Assembly (NCBI GenBank): GCA_029261515.1
Contig: JAJDBE010000104.1
Coordinates: 1-51,457 of the forward strand
Direction of reading: 5' to 3'
DNA: 51,457 nt
Source: Nitrospinaceae bacterium
GTDB taxonomy: Bacteria > Nitrospinota > Nitrospinia > Nitrospinales > VA-1
Of this stretch, positions 1 to 9,914 are shown in pieces (the first letter of the stretch is position 1; the number at the start of each line of letters is the position of its first letter). Position numbers and translations under genes: made by a program. The notes beneath the pieces are model-generated. The model worked only from the letters and a program-made list of their open reading frames with translations, did no database searches and was not told the origin of the DNA.

Positions 1-506
1 TTTGAGTATGAATAATGAATCAATGGTTCCTCGATCGTTCCCGCCTCGTCGTCTGGAATCAGTTTTTCATGCACCACCGATTCGGAAAAGGAAACCCGGC
101 TTTTATCGTAAAGCCTTGAAATAAAATCAGGATACCAACCTCCGTGACGCACCCAATGGCCGCCAAAAAAATTTTTCCGCGGCATTTGATAGACAGGATG
201 TTCCGGCTCTTTTGCCAGCAATGCTTTGATGGCTTCGGCGCATTCCGGGGGGACCACTTCATCGGCATCGACATTGAGCACCCATTTGTTTTCCGCCAGC
301 TGGGCGCATAGATTTTTCTGCTTTCCGTAACCCTGCCATTTATCCTGAAACACCTTGTCTGTATATTTTCGGCAGATTTCTGCCGTCTTATCGGTGCTGA
401 AGGTATCGAGAACGACGATTTCATCGGCCCACTCAAGGCTTTTGAGACAGCGTTCGATATTTTTCTCTTCATTCAGCGTGATGATCGTAACTGAAATCTT
501 TTCCAT
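1..506 (-). CDS. Glycosyltransferase family 2 (N-terminal part; gene runs off the left edge)
   Basis: This gene is not in the supplied ORF track because it has no stop codon in the window. I translated the minus strand from the ATG at 506..504: MEKISVTIITLNEEKNIERCLKSLEWADEIVVLDTFSTDKTAEICRKY...NVDADE...HGGWYPD. The frame stays open to position 1. The DxxSxDxT and DADE (DxD) motifs are the GT-A/GT2 signature, LPS-core WaaE/KdtX-like. The track ORF 59..472(-) is a different, basic, low-complexity frame. Confidence 0.8.
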   Translation of the reverse strand, partial: MEKISVTIITLNEEKNIERCLKSLEWADEIVVLDTFSTDKTAEICRKYTDKVFQDKWQGYGKQKNLCAQLAENKWVLNVDADEVVPPECAEAIKALLAKEPEHPVYQMPRKNFFGGHWVRHGGWYPDFISRLYDKSRVSFSESVVHEKLIPDDEAGTIEEPLIHYSYS

Positions 507-773
507 AAGTTATCTGGCAAGAGTGAAGAATATCCCAATAAAAATAAAGATTATAGCATTTTAATAGATTGCCCCCTCTTGACCCAAGGGATTAAATTCC
601 CTGCATTTTCCCGAATGTGATAACATAATGCCTTGGTAAACTGGGCTTTAAATCTCAGCAGACATTTTTCCATAGAGATTTAAGCCGCCTTTTGCTCTAT
701 CCGAGAGCATTATAATAACGGGGACAAGTCGTGGGGAGAAACCTGTGGTCTTTCTCCTCCCTGTTGAGATCTG

Positions 774-2009
774 ATGCCGGACAATCTTTTCATTATCGAC
801 ATAAAAGAATTTTTAATGAATGCCTACGAGCAGTTCAGGCTCTGGTTCCATTCGCAGCATTTCGGGCTGTATGAAACTTTCAAACCTTATATCTTCAAAG
901 CATTAAAAAATCCATTGGCAACCGCCATTACCCTGATCGCTTTGTTTGGAATTCCCTTCACGCTCATCAAAATCAAGAAAACCAGCACGGAAGCCGGAAA
1001 ACGACTGGATAAATTGATTGAAGAGTTAGATCAATACGAAGTCAACAAACCCAAAATCAATTTAAAGAAAAAACCTCAGCAGGATTCTACGGAAGAATCG
1101 GAAGCCCTGGAGAGTTTCAGTGCAGTTGACGATGAAAGCCATTCATGCCCTCCCGAGCCGGCAGATGAAAATGACCTCATTGTCCGAACCTTGAATCGGC
1201 CCAAAGAACGGCTTGCGACAGATAGCTTAGTTGCGCTGCCTCCGCTTTACTTCAAAGACGAGGCGACAGAGGCAACAGATGTCGAGCAGGAAACCCTTTC
1301 CGCACCCCAAAATGAGGAAGAAGAGGAGTTTTCCTTTATCGAGCCTGCTCAAAAAACATTTTCCCTCACAGGTGAGGATGACGAACCGGATTGGGATCAG
1401 TTGACCGAGGAGAGTGCCGGCAGTGAAGTCCCGGCGGCGTCCGCTGGGTCGAAGTACGAAGAGAGTGATTTTGCAGGCTTGGAAATACAGGACCTGCAAC
1501 AGGAAATGGAAAAAACCATCCAGAAACTCACGCGTCAAATGTCCTCTCAGGATTCGGAAGAAGCTCCTGATGAAGAAGCTCCTGATGTTGAGAAAGTTTA
1601 TGCCGTTCCCACTCTTTCAGACTTCCACTCGATCGAACCCCAATCTTCTGCCGAAGAAATTTATGACAACGAGGAACCGGATGAGCCGTTTCAGGAAACG
1701 AGGCTGGAGTCTCAACCCCAGGAGGTCTTAGAAGAAACCACTTGGGACGAAGAAGAACCCGGTCCAACAAAATCGGATTCGATCGTCACGCAATTAAAAA
1801 CGTTTCAGGAAAAGCTGGCGACCCGGTTTCAACCGGAAGGGGGTACTAAAATACAGGATTCCAATGAACCCGAAAATGCTAAAACTGGAGAAACCTTCTT
1901 AAAGCCAACTGGAATCGCCTGCTCCCTGCCTTCCAAGGCAAAGAACAGAGATTACCAGGAGCTATTGGAATCACTCATTTTATTAAATAATCCCAGGAAA
2001 AATTCCTGA
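774..2009 (+). CDS. Hypothetical membrane-anchored, strongly acidic low-complexity protein
   Basis: This 411-aa ORF has one hydrophobic helix (PLATAITLIALFGIPFTLIKI). About 340 aa dominated by E/D/S/P/Q follow, with no catalytic motif. The start is uncertain (ATG 774 or ATG 816). The coding call rests on ORF length and same-strand packing with the next gene. Confidence 0.55.
   Translation: MPDNLFIIDIKEFLMNAYEQFRLWFHSQHFGLYETFKPYIFKALKNPLATAITLIALFGIPFTLIKIKKTSTEAGKRLDKLIEELDQYEVNKPKINLKKKPQQDSTEESEALESFSAVDDESHSCPPEPADENDLIVRTLNRPKERLATDSLVALPPLYFKDEATEATDVEQETLSAPQNEEEEEFSFIEPAQKTFSLTGEDDEPDWDQLTEESAGSEVPAASAGSKYEESDFAGLEIQDLQQEMEKTIQKLTRQMSSQDSEEAPDEEAPDVEKVYAVPTLSDFHSIEPQSSAEEIYDNEEPDEPFQETRLESQPQEVLEETTWDEEEPGPTKSDSIVTQLKTFQEKLATRFQPEGGTKIQDSNEPENAKTGETFLKPTGIACSLPSKAKNRDYQELLESLILLNNPRKNS
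1557..1586 (+). repeat. Perfect 15-nt tandem duplication (gaagaagctcctgat x2) inside the acidic ORF
   Basis: Read directly: 1557-1571 and 1572-1586 are identical and in frame, encoding EEAPD-EEAPD. Confidence 0.95.
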
Positions 2010-2078
2010 GTCCCCTTTGAATTTCTGAAAAACTGGAGCCTGATCTTGTCTGGCAGATCGGGTACTGCGAATTAAAAA

Positions 2079-3056
2079 ATGGCCTCATCTGCAAATATCA
2101 TCGCCGTTGGCGGGGGCAAAGGCGGCATCGGGAAAAGTATTGTCTGCACCAATCTCGCCATCGGCCTGGCGCTGTGCGGAAAAAATGTCGTCCTGATGGA
2201 CACGGATTTCGGCGCTTCCAACCTGCATGCACTCCTCGGCGTGGACGCCCCAAAGCACGGGTTTGGCGATTTTTTCCACAAAAATTCGACCGACCCGGAA
2301 TCTCTTTTGCTCGATACGGGCATACGCGGCCTGAAGTTCGTTTGCGGAGCCGGGGACAACCCCGGAAGCGCGGACCTCGATCAAGACAATACCGCAATCA
2401 TTACAGAATTCATTCACAACCTGGATGCGGATTTTGTTTTTCTCGATTTGGCGCCTGGGACCAGTTATAACGTGCTGGATTTTTTCAACCTGGGCGAAAC
2501 GGGGTTGGTTTTGACCACTCCGGAAATCACTTCGGTCATGAAAACTTTCAGTTTCATCCGCTCCGCACTGTTCCGCAAAATCGGCAAAGCGTTTCAGGGA
2601 AATCCCGAACTGGAGCGACTGGTCGATCATTCCAGCCCTGCTAAAGCCGATAGGGAAACTCACTCCATAGACACGCTAATGGAACAATTGATCGAAATAG
2701 ATCAGGGCCAGATTCCCGTGGTAAAATCCATTGTCGACGCTTTCAACCCAGGTCTTATTGTCAACCGCGTCCGTTACACAAAAGATCTGATAGCAGGAGA
2801 AAACCTGATTCAACTGGTCAAAAAACATCTGGGCATAGAACCTGTTTTTCTCGGCTATCTGATAGAAAGCGACCGGGTGAGGGACTCGGTGGATGAAATG
2901 GTTCCTTTCCTTATCAAAGAACCGGAAAGCAAACCCTCCAGGAACCTGCAGAAAATCATTGGCGCGCTGACTCACACGGATTTGGAATTGGTGCAAAAAG
3001 ACGGAGAGATATTTCTTTCACAACAAGCTCAGCTTTTCCCGGACCTGGATACCTGA
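2079..3056 (+). CDS. MinD/ParA-family P-loop ATPase (deviant Walker A)
   Basis: The N-terminus IIAVGGGKGGIGKSIVCTNLAIGLA carries the deviant Walker A motif. DTD is switch I-like, and FVFLDLAPG is Walker B-like. The ~325-aa length fits FlhG/MinD/BcsQ-type positioning ATPases. Confidence 0.85.
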   Translation: MASSANIIAVGGGKGGIGKSIVCTNLAIGLALCGKNVVLMDTDFGASNLHALLGVDAPKHGFGDFFHKNSTDPESLLLDTGIRGLKFVCGAGDNPGSADLDQDNTAIITEFIHNLDADFVFLDLAPGTSYNVLDFFNLGETGLVLTTPEITSVMKTFSFIRSALFRKIGKAFQGNPELERLVDHSSPAKADRETHSIDTLMEQLIEIDQGQIPVVKSIVDAFNPGLIVNRVRYTKDLIAGENLIQLVKKHLGIEPVFLGYLIESDRVRDSVDEMVPFLIKEPESKPSRNLQKIIGALTHTDLELVQKDGEIFLSQQAQLFPDLDT

Positions 3057-3149
3057 CTTTAGCGTCCAACAATTAACCCCTTGCGAATTTTTATCTCCTT
3101 TCTCATTTAAAACCCACATAATTTCTTTTCTTCTTCTGGATCTATAACC

Positions 3150-5108
3150 ATGTGCGGAATTGCGGGAATCATCCATTTAGACGGGAAAAGTATCGATTTT
3201 GAAATTCTCGAAAAAATGACGACTTCGGTGTCTCATAGAGGTCCGGATGGTTATGGCTTCACCGCAATCTCCTCTCAATCCGGCGCCTTCCGGACCTTTC
3301 ACAATCAACCGATCAAAGACCGTATCGGCTCCCAGGATTCGCAGGCATTCAACATTGGCCTGGGGCATAGAAGACTGGCCATCATCGACTTGTCCCATTC
3401 GGCGGATCAACCCATGCAGAACGTACGCGGGGATATCTGCATCACCTACAACGGGGAAGTTTATAACTATATCGAGTTGATGCAGGACCTCAAAAGCCGC
3501 GGTCACAAATTTTTTTCACACTCGGATACAGAAGTGATCCTGCACGCTTATGAAGAATGGGGAATCGACTGCCTGGAAAAACTGGAAGGTATGTTTGCCT
3601 TTGGCATCTGGGATCAGAAAAAACGCAGGCTTTTCTGTGCCAGAGACCGGTTCGGGATGAAACCTTTTTATTTTTATCACGATGGAAAATCTTTCCTATT
3701 CGGTTCGGAAATCAAGCAATTTTTCTTTTTTCCATTTATCACAAAAGAAGCGAACGACTTGCCGGTCTACGATTACCTCATGCACGGTTTTCTCGATCAT
3801 TCCAATCAGACCTTGTACAGGAATATCTACCAGTTGGAACCGGGACATTTTCTGACTCTCGATCTCGATGCATCGAGGAAAGAACCCGATGTCGCCTCTT
3901 ACTGGCAATTGAAAGATGGCCTGAATGGCAACCGCTCAGGTACGGACGACGATTATTCGAATCAGTTTTACGAAATTTTTGCCCGTTCGGTCAGCAAGCA
4001 TTTGCGCAGTGACGTTCAAGTGGGAAGCTGCCTGAGCGGAGGACTCGATTCTTCCAGCGTCGTGGGGATGATTCATCACCTTAGAACCCAGGGATCGTTC
4101 TCTGACACCCGTCAACTCACGTTCACATCCTGTTTTGACGAAAAATCCGCGGATGAACGGCCCTTCTCCGACGCGGTGGTCGACATGACAAAAGCCGTCA
4201 ATCACCAACTGTTCCCCAATATGAATCAGACTCTGGACACGGTTTCCAATATGTTGTCCTACCACGATGAACCCTTCGGGTCCACCAGCCAGTATGCCCA
4301 ATGGTGCCTGTTCAGGGAAATTCAAAAATCCGGAACCAAGGTGGTCCTCGACGGCCAGGGAGCTGATGAGGTTCTGGCGGGTTACCACAGCGTTTACGGC
4401 GCCTACTTCCTGGAATTGTTTAAGCAACTCCGGTGGTTGAAATTACTGACAGAGATAAATTCCTGCCGGGATTTACACCACTACAAAAATAAGGACCTGC
4501 TGAAATTCGTCCTGTCTTCCCTGGCAATTCACACGTTGGGAATGCGTTTGGGGTTTTTGCGCTCGCCCCCACCGTGGATGGGGACCGACTTTTTCAACAA
4601 AGCCAAAAAAGAACTCAACGCAAAACACCGGCGTTTTTCTGCAAAACCTCTGCACAACTTTCTCGCTCTTCTCATTCAATTTAATTTAAACGGCCTGCTT
4701 CGATACGAAGACCGTTCTTCCATGGCGCATTCCGTGGAAGCCCGGCTGCCCTTTCTCGATCATCATTTGGTTGAATTTTTGTTCAACATTCCAAGCGGCG
4801 AAAAAATTAAAAATGGATGGACCAAATCCATCCTGAGGGAGTCCATGAAAAACCGAATTCCCGAAATGGTAAGACTGAGAAAAGATAAAATGGGATTTGT
4901 GACACCGGAACATCAATGGATGCGGACACTGTCAAACACGGTGGCTTCGGATTTGCTGCACTCCTCCGCCGTCCGGGATTCGGGATATTTCAAGGTGGAC
5001 AAGGCTTTGGAAGAATTCAGATTCATTGCCAGAGGAGAAAAACCTTTTAATTTCCGGGCATGGCGGATATTAAACCTGAGCCTTTGGCTGATCGACTTAA
5101 AAAAATGA
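3150..5108 (+). CDS. asnB: Asparagine synthase (glutamine-hydrolysing) family amidotransferase
   Basis: MCGIAGI gives the Cys2 nucleophile of an Ntn glutaminase domain. A HRGPD motif is present, and SCLSGGLDSS is the PP-loop of the synthetase domain. The protein is 652 aa. Confidence 0.92.
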   Translation: MCGIAGIIHLDGKSIDFEILEKMTTSVSHRGPDGYGFTAISSQSGAFRTFHNQPIKDRIGSQDSQAFNIGLGHRRLAIIDLSHSADQPMQNVRGDICITYNGEVYNYIELMQDLKSRGHKFFSHSDTEVILHAYEEWGIDCLEKLEGMFAFGIWDQKKRRLFCARDRFGMKPFYFYHDGKSFLFGSEIKQFFFFPFITKEANDLPVYDYLMHGFLDHSNQTLYRNIYQLEPGHFLTLDLDASRKEPDVASYWQLKDGLNGNRSGTDDDYSNQFYEIFARSVSKHLRSDVQVGSCLSGGLDSSSVVGMIHHLRTQGSFSDTRQLTFTSCFDEKSADERPFSDAVVDMTKAVNHQLFPNMNQTLDTVSNMLSYHDEPFGSTSQYAQWCLFREIQKSGTKVVLDGQGADEVLAGYHSVYGAYFLELFKQLRWLKLLTEINSCRDLHHYKNKDLLKFVLSSLAIHTLGMRLGFLRSPPPWMGTDFFNKAKKELNAKHRRFSAKPLHNFLALLIQFNLNGLLRYEDRSSMAHSVEARLPFLDHHLVEFLFNIPSGEKIKNGWTKSILRESMKNRIPEMVRLRKDKMGFVTPEHQWMRTLSNTVASDLLHSSAVRDSGYFKVDKALEEFRFIARGEKPFNFRAWRILNLSLWLIDLKK

Positions 5109-5204
5109 CTCAACCTTCCTCAAAATAGAGACAATCACCTCCGCTTACAAAGAATCACGACAACTTGAATTTCCGCCGGTTAAATACCGGAAAAGTAACT
5201 TGAG

Positions 5205-5234
5205 TTGGACTTCACCCTCTCTAAACCCTATAAT
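5205..5234 (+). promoter_or_regulatory. Candidate sigma70 promoter (TTGGAC-18 nt-TATAAT) upstream of the glycosyltransferase gene
   Basis: The -35 element ttggac is at 5205-5210 and a perfect -10 tataat is at 5229-5234. It lies in the 239-nt gap after asnB. A 7-bp hairpin (agggaac/gttccct, 5287-5304) follows in the leader. Confidence 0.3.
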
Positions 5235-5347
5235 AGAATTGAGAAGAGTTTGATTTTATTGGCTTTAAATGACTCAGCGTTTGTTCAGGGAACCCATGTT
5301 CCCTTGAAGCAATCCGGCTTCCCTCCAAAAAGTTAGTTTCATTCACG

Positions 5348-6424
5348 ATGACAAATAACCCCGGCGGATCTCTAAAAAACAGACGGCTCTTATTTCTCAG
5401 TCACGCCACGCTGCCTTTCGTCAGGCAAGATGAGGCTATTCTGAGAAAACACTTCGACCTAAAACCCTTTTATTTAAAATACTACGGTACTGTGCCCGAG
5501 GCCCTTCTCAATTACGCAAAGGTCATCTTCTGGCTCTCAAAAAATATTCGCCAATGTGATGGTTTATTTTTAAGGTTCGCGGATATTTATGGATTTTTCT
5601 TTTCTATTTTCGCCCGTCTGTTCAAAAAAAAACTGTTCGTCGCCGTAGGCGGCTTCGATGTCACCTGGATTCCGGAATTAAAATACGGCACTTACCACAA
5701 CAAACGCTCGCGCTTTTTTACACGGTTCACATTCCAGACCGCTTGCAAGTTACTCCCAGTCTGCGAATCACTGGTTCAAAACCGGGGAAAGATTTTCGGG
5801 CTGAAGATTAACAAACAGGGAATTAAAACTCTGTATCCGGAAATAGATTCTAAGAAGATTGTGGTGATTCCTAATGGATATCGAAACTCTCACTTCAAGC
5901 CTGACGATCAAATAAAAAAAGCTGATGAAGTCATCATGGTGGCGAGCATTAAAGATCATCAAACATTTAAAGTAAAAGGGGCCGACACCTTTATTCACCT
6001 GGCCGCCGCGTCGCCGGAATACAATTTCACCCTGGTAGGAGCCGACCCTGAACAAGTCAGACAATGGGCGGAGCTTCCGGCTAATCTAACGATCGTCCCC
6101 TATGTTCCACACGACGCGCTTGTCCAGTATTATCAAAAAGCCAAAGTATTCACGTGCCTCTCTCTTACCGAGGGAATGCCCAACGTGTTGTCCGAAGCCA
6201 TGTTGTGTGAGTGCGTCCCGGTAGGATTTGATATCAGCTCCATTCCTGAAATCATAGGCGACACCGGAGTGGTATTGGATTCAATGGAAATGGATCATAT
6301 CAAAACCGGTTTGCTAAAAGCCATGAGCCTGAATGGTCAAAGAGCCAGAGAAAGAATCGTGAGCCATTACCCGCTTGAAGCCAGAGAAAAAAAACTGACG
6401 GAAATCATCGAATCTTCATTGTGA
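5348..6424 (+). CDS. GT-B fold glycosyltransferase (GT4/group 1-like)
   Basis: The C-terminal LTEGMPNVLSEAMLCECVPVG matches the E-x7-E nucleotide-sugar binding motif of group-1 glycosyltransferases. The protein is 358 aa. Confidence 0.78.
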   Translation: MTNNPGGSLKNRRLLFLSHATLPFVRQDEAILRKHFDLKPFYLKYYGTVPEALLNYAKVIFWLSKNIRQCDGLFLRFADIYGFFFSIFARLFKKKLFVAVGGFDVTWIPELKYGTYHNKRSRFFTRFTFQTACKLLPVCESLVQNRGKIFGLKINKQGIKTLYPEIDSKKIVVIPNGYRNSHFKPDDQIKKADEVIMVASIKDHQTFKVKGADTFIHLAAASPEYNFTLVGADPEQVRQWAELPANLTIVPYVPHDALVQYYQKAKVFTCLSLTEGMPNVLSEAMLCECVPVGFDISSIPEIIGDTGVVLDSMEMDHIKTGLLKAMSLNGQRARERIVSHYPLEAREKKLTEIIESSL

Positions 6425-6444
6425 GTTCTTAATTAAGGATTGAG

Positions 6445-7716
6445 TTGAAACTTGCCACCAAAATTGCGCTTCTTGCCGGATTAAACGTTCTCCTGGCATT
6501 TGCTATCAACTGGTACACCATGACCACCCTTGGCCCGGGACCGGAAACGGACGCCCTCTTTGCCGGCCTGGTCATCCCCAACTTGATGCTGGCAATATTC
6601 AGCGGTTCACTTGCAAATGTACTCGTGCCAATATTGACCGTTGAAAAAGATTTTCACTTTTCAAAACAGGCCTGGAATTTCTTTCAACTGGTTGGTTTTT
6701 TCTACACCGCCCTGGCCATCCTTCTACTATTCACCGAACCCGTTTGGGTCCCTCTCGTGGTTCCAGGGTTTGATGACGCAACAAAAGCTCTGACCATTTC
6801 CTTGATCCAGATCCAGTTGATCAGCATGGTCGGAGGCGCTCTGATCGCGACTTTGACCTCGGTCTACCACGCCAGCCAGAGATTCATTCTAGTCGAATTC
6901 ATCACCACCATTGCCACCGTGATCGGACTTGGATTGCTGATATGGGGTTTGCCACGCTTTGGTGTGAAAGCGGCTGCCTGGTCCAGTGTCGCCAAAACCT
7001 TATTTCAGATCCTGTTTCTGGTTCCCGGCATGGGGGCTTACGCGACTCCAGACTGGAAAGATAAATCGATTAAAGAATCCTGGCGGCGATTGCGGCCGCT
7101 GATCGCCGGCACAATTTACATGAGAACCGATCAATGGGTGGACACGTTCCTGGCATCTCTGGCCCCTGCGGGAAGTATTTCGCTCCTTTACATTGCAAGA
7201 CAAATTTATAGTGCCGGGCATCAGATACTCGGCAAAGCCATTGCCAATCCCACCGTACCGGTGCTGGCAAAGATGGCCAAACAAGGAGAATGGAAATCCT
7301 ACTCCGGCATGACCAATAACCGCATTGGCTGGATGTTTTTATTAACGGCCAGCGCATTTCTTGGACTTGCCCTTTTAGGCAAACCGGTCCTAAACCTGAT
7401 TTTTGGCCATGGCAGGTTCGATGAATCCAGCCTGTCTTTGCTGTGGTTGATATTATTGGCTCTCGTGGGATTCTGGATGGGCGGTCCCATAGGGCAGATT
7501 CTGGCAGGAAGCTTCTACGCTAAAGGGAACACAGTAACCCCCACAAAAATCGGCATCTTCGGTTTTACCATCGGCATCTTTTTAAAATTAGGAGGGTTTT
7601 ACCTGTGGGGCATTATCGGAATCGCTGTGGGCACCAGCCTTTACTATTTCCTCAATTTAATCTTGCTTCGTTATGCACTATCGCTTAAATTGAATAAACG
7701 CATGTCAGACTCTTAA
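6445..7716 (+). CDS. MurJ/MviN-like MOP-superfamily flippase (short form)
   Basis: This is a polytopic membrane protein with about 12 hydrophobic segments. Its N-terminal ETDALFAGLVIPNLMLAIFSGSLANVLVPIL lines up with the MurJ motif [32 protein letters not shown]. The start codon is TTG. At 423 aa it is shorter than canonical MurJ. Confidence 0.72.
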   Translation: MKLATKIALLAGLNVLLAFAINWYTMTTLGPGPETDALFAGLVIPNLMLAIFSGSLANVLVPILTVEKDFHFSKQAWNFFQLVGFFYTALAILLLFTEPVWVPLVVPGFDDATKALTISLIQIQLISMVGGALIATLTSVYHASQRFILVEFITTIATVIGLGLLIWGLPRFGVKAAAWSSVAKTLFQILFLVPGMGAYATPDWKDKSIKESWRRLRPLIAGTIYMRTDQWVDTFLASLAPAGSISLLYIARQIYSAGHQILGKAIANPTVPVLAKMAKQGEWKSYSGMTNNRIGWMFLLTASAFLGLALLGKPVLNLIFGHGRFDESSLSLLWLILLALVGFWMGGPIGQILAGSFYAKGNTVTPTKIGIFGFTIGIFLKLGGFYLWGIIGIAVGTSLYYFLNLILLRYALSLKLNKRMSDS

Positions 7717-7728
7717 CCTATTGAGTTT

Positions 7729-8715
7729 ATGAGTACTATTGAATTAGAACAGCTGCCGAACAACGTCGAGATGGAATCCCTTCCCTGTCCCTTGGGGTGC
7801 CCGGCAGGAAATGAATTTGTTCTCAAAGGCAGAGACCGTCTGCATGATCTTCCTGGCGAATTCAACGTCATCCGGTGCAAAACCTGCGGGTTGATGCGAA
7901 CCGACCCACGGCCCACCCCGGAATCCATCGGGTTTTACTATCCCGAGTCCTATAGGCCCTGGGCAAGACCTTCAAAAAATAATTCCTTGCCCAAAGAAAA
8001 ACCAATTCCGGCATGGAAAAGGACAATTAAAAATTTGCTCTTCGGCAAACCTTTGATCGCCACACCTCCCCTGCCATCGGGAAAGCTACTGGAAATCGGT
8101 TGTGGCAGTGGATCGTTTTTGCACTCTATGGCTCTCAAAGGCTGGCAGGTTCAGGGCATCGAATATTCCGCCCAGGCAGGGGAAGCCGTAAGAGAATTAA
8201 GGTATCCCATTCATGTGGGCCCCCTTGAATCCGCCCCCGGCCCCGAAAATCCGGTTGATTTGATTGTGGGCTGGCAGGTTTTAGAGCATTTGCATGATCC
8301 TCTGCCGTCTCTAAAAAAAATGGCCCAATGGGTAAAACCGAATGGCTATTTGGTTCTTTCAACACCTGACGCAGCAAGTTTCGATTTTAAATTGTTTAAA
8401 CATCGTTGGTATGCATTGCAACTGCCCACTCACCTTTATCACTTCACCCCCAAAACGGCAGACAGAATGCTCAAGGCTGCGGGGTGGAAGGTAGAAAAAA
8501 TATTCCATGAAAGAAATATTGGAAACTTGATAGCAAGCCTGGGTTACTTTCTTCAAGATTATCTGGGCAAAACCAACGGTCTGGCCAATTACCTGGAAAA
8601 ATTTCCCAGCCGCGAGACACGATTAAAAATATTCCTGATTCCCGTGGCGAGAATCCTGGCCTCTTTGGGGCAAACAGGGCGAATGATCATCTGGGCAAAA
8701 AGAATGGGCGATTGA
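7729..8715 (+). CDS. Class I SAM-dependent methyltransferase with N-terminal Cys-rich (zinc-ribbon-like) segment
   Basis: LLEIGCGSGSFL is SAM-binding motif I. A downstream acidic loop (QGIEYS) is present. The N-terminus carries CPLGCP...CKTCG. Confidence 0.85.
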   Translation: MSTIELEQLPNNVEMESLPCPLGCPAGNEFVLKGRDRLHDLPGEFNVIRCKTCGLMRTDPRPTPESIGFYYPESYRPWARPSKNNSLPKEKPIPAWKRTIKNLLFGKPLIATPPLPSGKLLEIGCGSGSFLHSMALKGWQVQGIEYSAQAGEAVRELRYPIHVGPLESAPGPENPVDLIVGWQVLEHLHDPLPSLKKMAQWVKPNGYLVLSTPDAASFDFKLFKHRWYALQLPTHLYHFTPKTADRMLKAAGWKVEKIFHERNIGNLIASLGYFLQDYLGKTNGLANYLEKFPSRETRLKIFLIPVARILASLGQTGRMIIWAKRMGD

Positions 8716-8801
8716 ATACGAAACAAATCCATTCCACGGACGGCAGCCTTCATTTCCCCTATTCTCGAGTTAAATTTACTAGAACAATTCCTTTCACTAC
8801 A

Positions 8802-9884
8802 ATGCCAAAATCCATCCTATTCATCATTCCCTGTGGAAGATTCGCACTCAGCGGCGTGTTTCGCGTCATGGATTATTTCCCATTCCTTAATAAGGAAGGC
8901 ATTACCTGCAAAGTCATCAATTACCAAAGTCCTATTTTATACGAATGGTTGTATTTGAAGGGAGGAGTGCACTCCTTCTGGAACAAGAAAAACTACAGTG
9001 TTTATTTAGAGAGGGTTTACGCCCTGTTCAAAATGGTCTACATTCTTCTCATCGCCAGGCGGTACGATGTCATTTTTATTGAAAAAATCACGCCGCCCCA
9101 ATGGTGGGTTCGCTGGCTTAAAAAAATAAACGACCAAATAATTTTTGACATCGACGATGCTGTGTTCACCCAGTTCCCGGAACGGACACATTATTTGACA
9201 ATAAATGCCCGGCGCGTTGCCGCGGGAAGTCATTTTCTTTTGGATTATTGCCGTTCCATCAATCCCAAAACTGTTTTACTTCCCACTCCGGTTCCACTAC
9301 ACATCTATCCAGAACATGTAAATGCGTCAAAAGAAAACCAGACTGCCCTGAATCTCGGCTGGATAGGAACATCCGGCAACCTAAAGTACCTCAAGCTGCT
9401 GAAAGAACCCCTGGCCCGGCTTGCTGAAAAATTTCCCGGCAGACTCCAGCTCACCATCATCGGACATATCAAACAATTTGAGGCCTGGAGACCTTTATTT
9501 CCGGACATGCAAATCGATCTCAAACCTTATATCGACCCTGAAAAAATCTTCGACTCCCTGGCGACATTTGATATCGGGCTGATGCCTCTATTTGATGGCG
9601 ACTGGGAAAGAGGCAAATGCGCCTCGAAAGCCCTGGTCTACATGGCGGCCTATGTTCCGGCCGTCTGTAGCCGGGTTGGAGAAAATATTGAAGTCATTGA
9701 GGACGGAGTGAACGGTTTCCTCGCCTCCAATGAAGAGGAGTGGATACTGAAATTGTCCAAGCTCATCGAGAATCCGGGTTTGCGGGAAACTATGGGAGCG
9801 GAAGGAAGAAGAACGGTCGAGCAGAAGTATTCGACGGAGGTCTGTTACAACATTCTTCTAAATGATGTTTTACTAAAACTTTGA
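8802..9884 (+). CDS. GT-B fold glycosyltransferase (group 1-like)
   Basis: The C-terminal KALVYMAAYVPAVCSRVGENIEVIEDGVNGFLA is a GT1-type motif. The track ORF starts at TTG 8712, overlapping the methyltransferase stop. I prefer ATG 8802 (MPKSILFIIPCG), which is the usual GT-B N-terminus. Confidence 0.72.
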   Translation: MPKSILFIIPCGRFALSGVFRVMDYFPFLNKEGITCKVINYQSPILYEWLYLKGGVHSFWNKKNYSVYLERVYALFKMVYILLIARRYDVIFIEKITPPQWWVRWLKKINDQIIFDIDDAVFTQFPERTHYLTINARRVAAGSHFLLDYCRSINPKTVLLPTPVPLHIYPEHVNASKENQTALNLGWIGTSGNLKYLKLLKEPLARLAEKFPGRLQLTIIGHIKQFEAWRPLFPDMQIDLKPYIDPEKIFDSLATFDIGLMPLFDGDWERGKCASKALVYMAAYVPAVCSRVGENIEVIEDGVNGFLASNEEEWILKLSKLIENPGLRETMGAEGRRTVEQKYSTEVCYNILLNDVLLKL

Positions 9885-9914
9885 TCATGGTGAATACTAA
9901 AAGCTCAAAATGGA

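Noticed and set aside
59-472. Track ORF (minus strand, 137 aa) at the left edge.
   Set aside because: Its translation is basic, Ser/Arg/Lys-rich and motif-free. A different minus-strand frame over the same DNA (1..506) gives an uninterrupted, motif-rich GT2 glycosyltransferase. This ORF is therefore an off-frame shadow.
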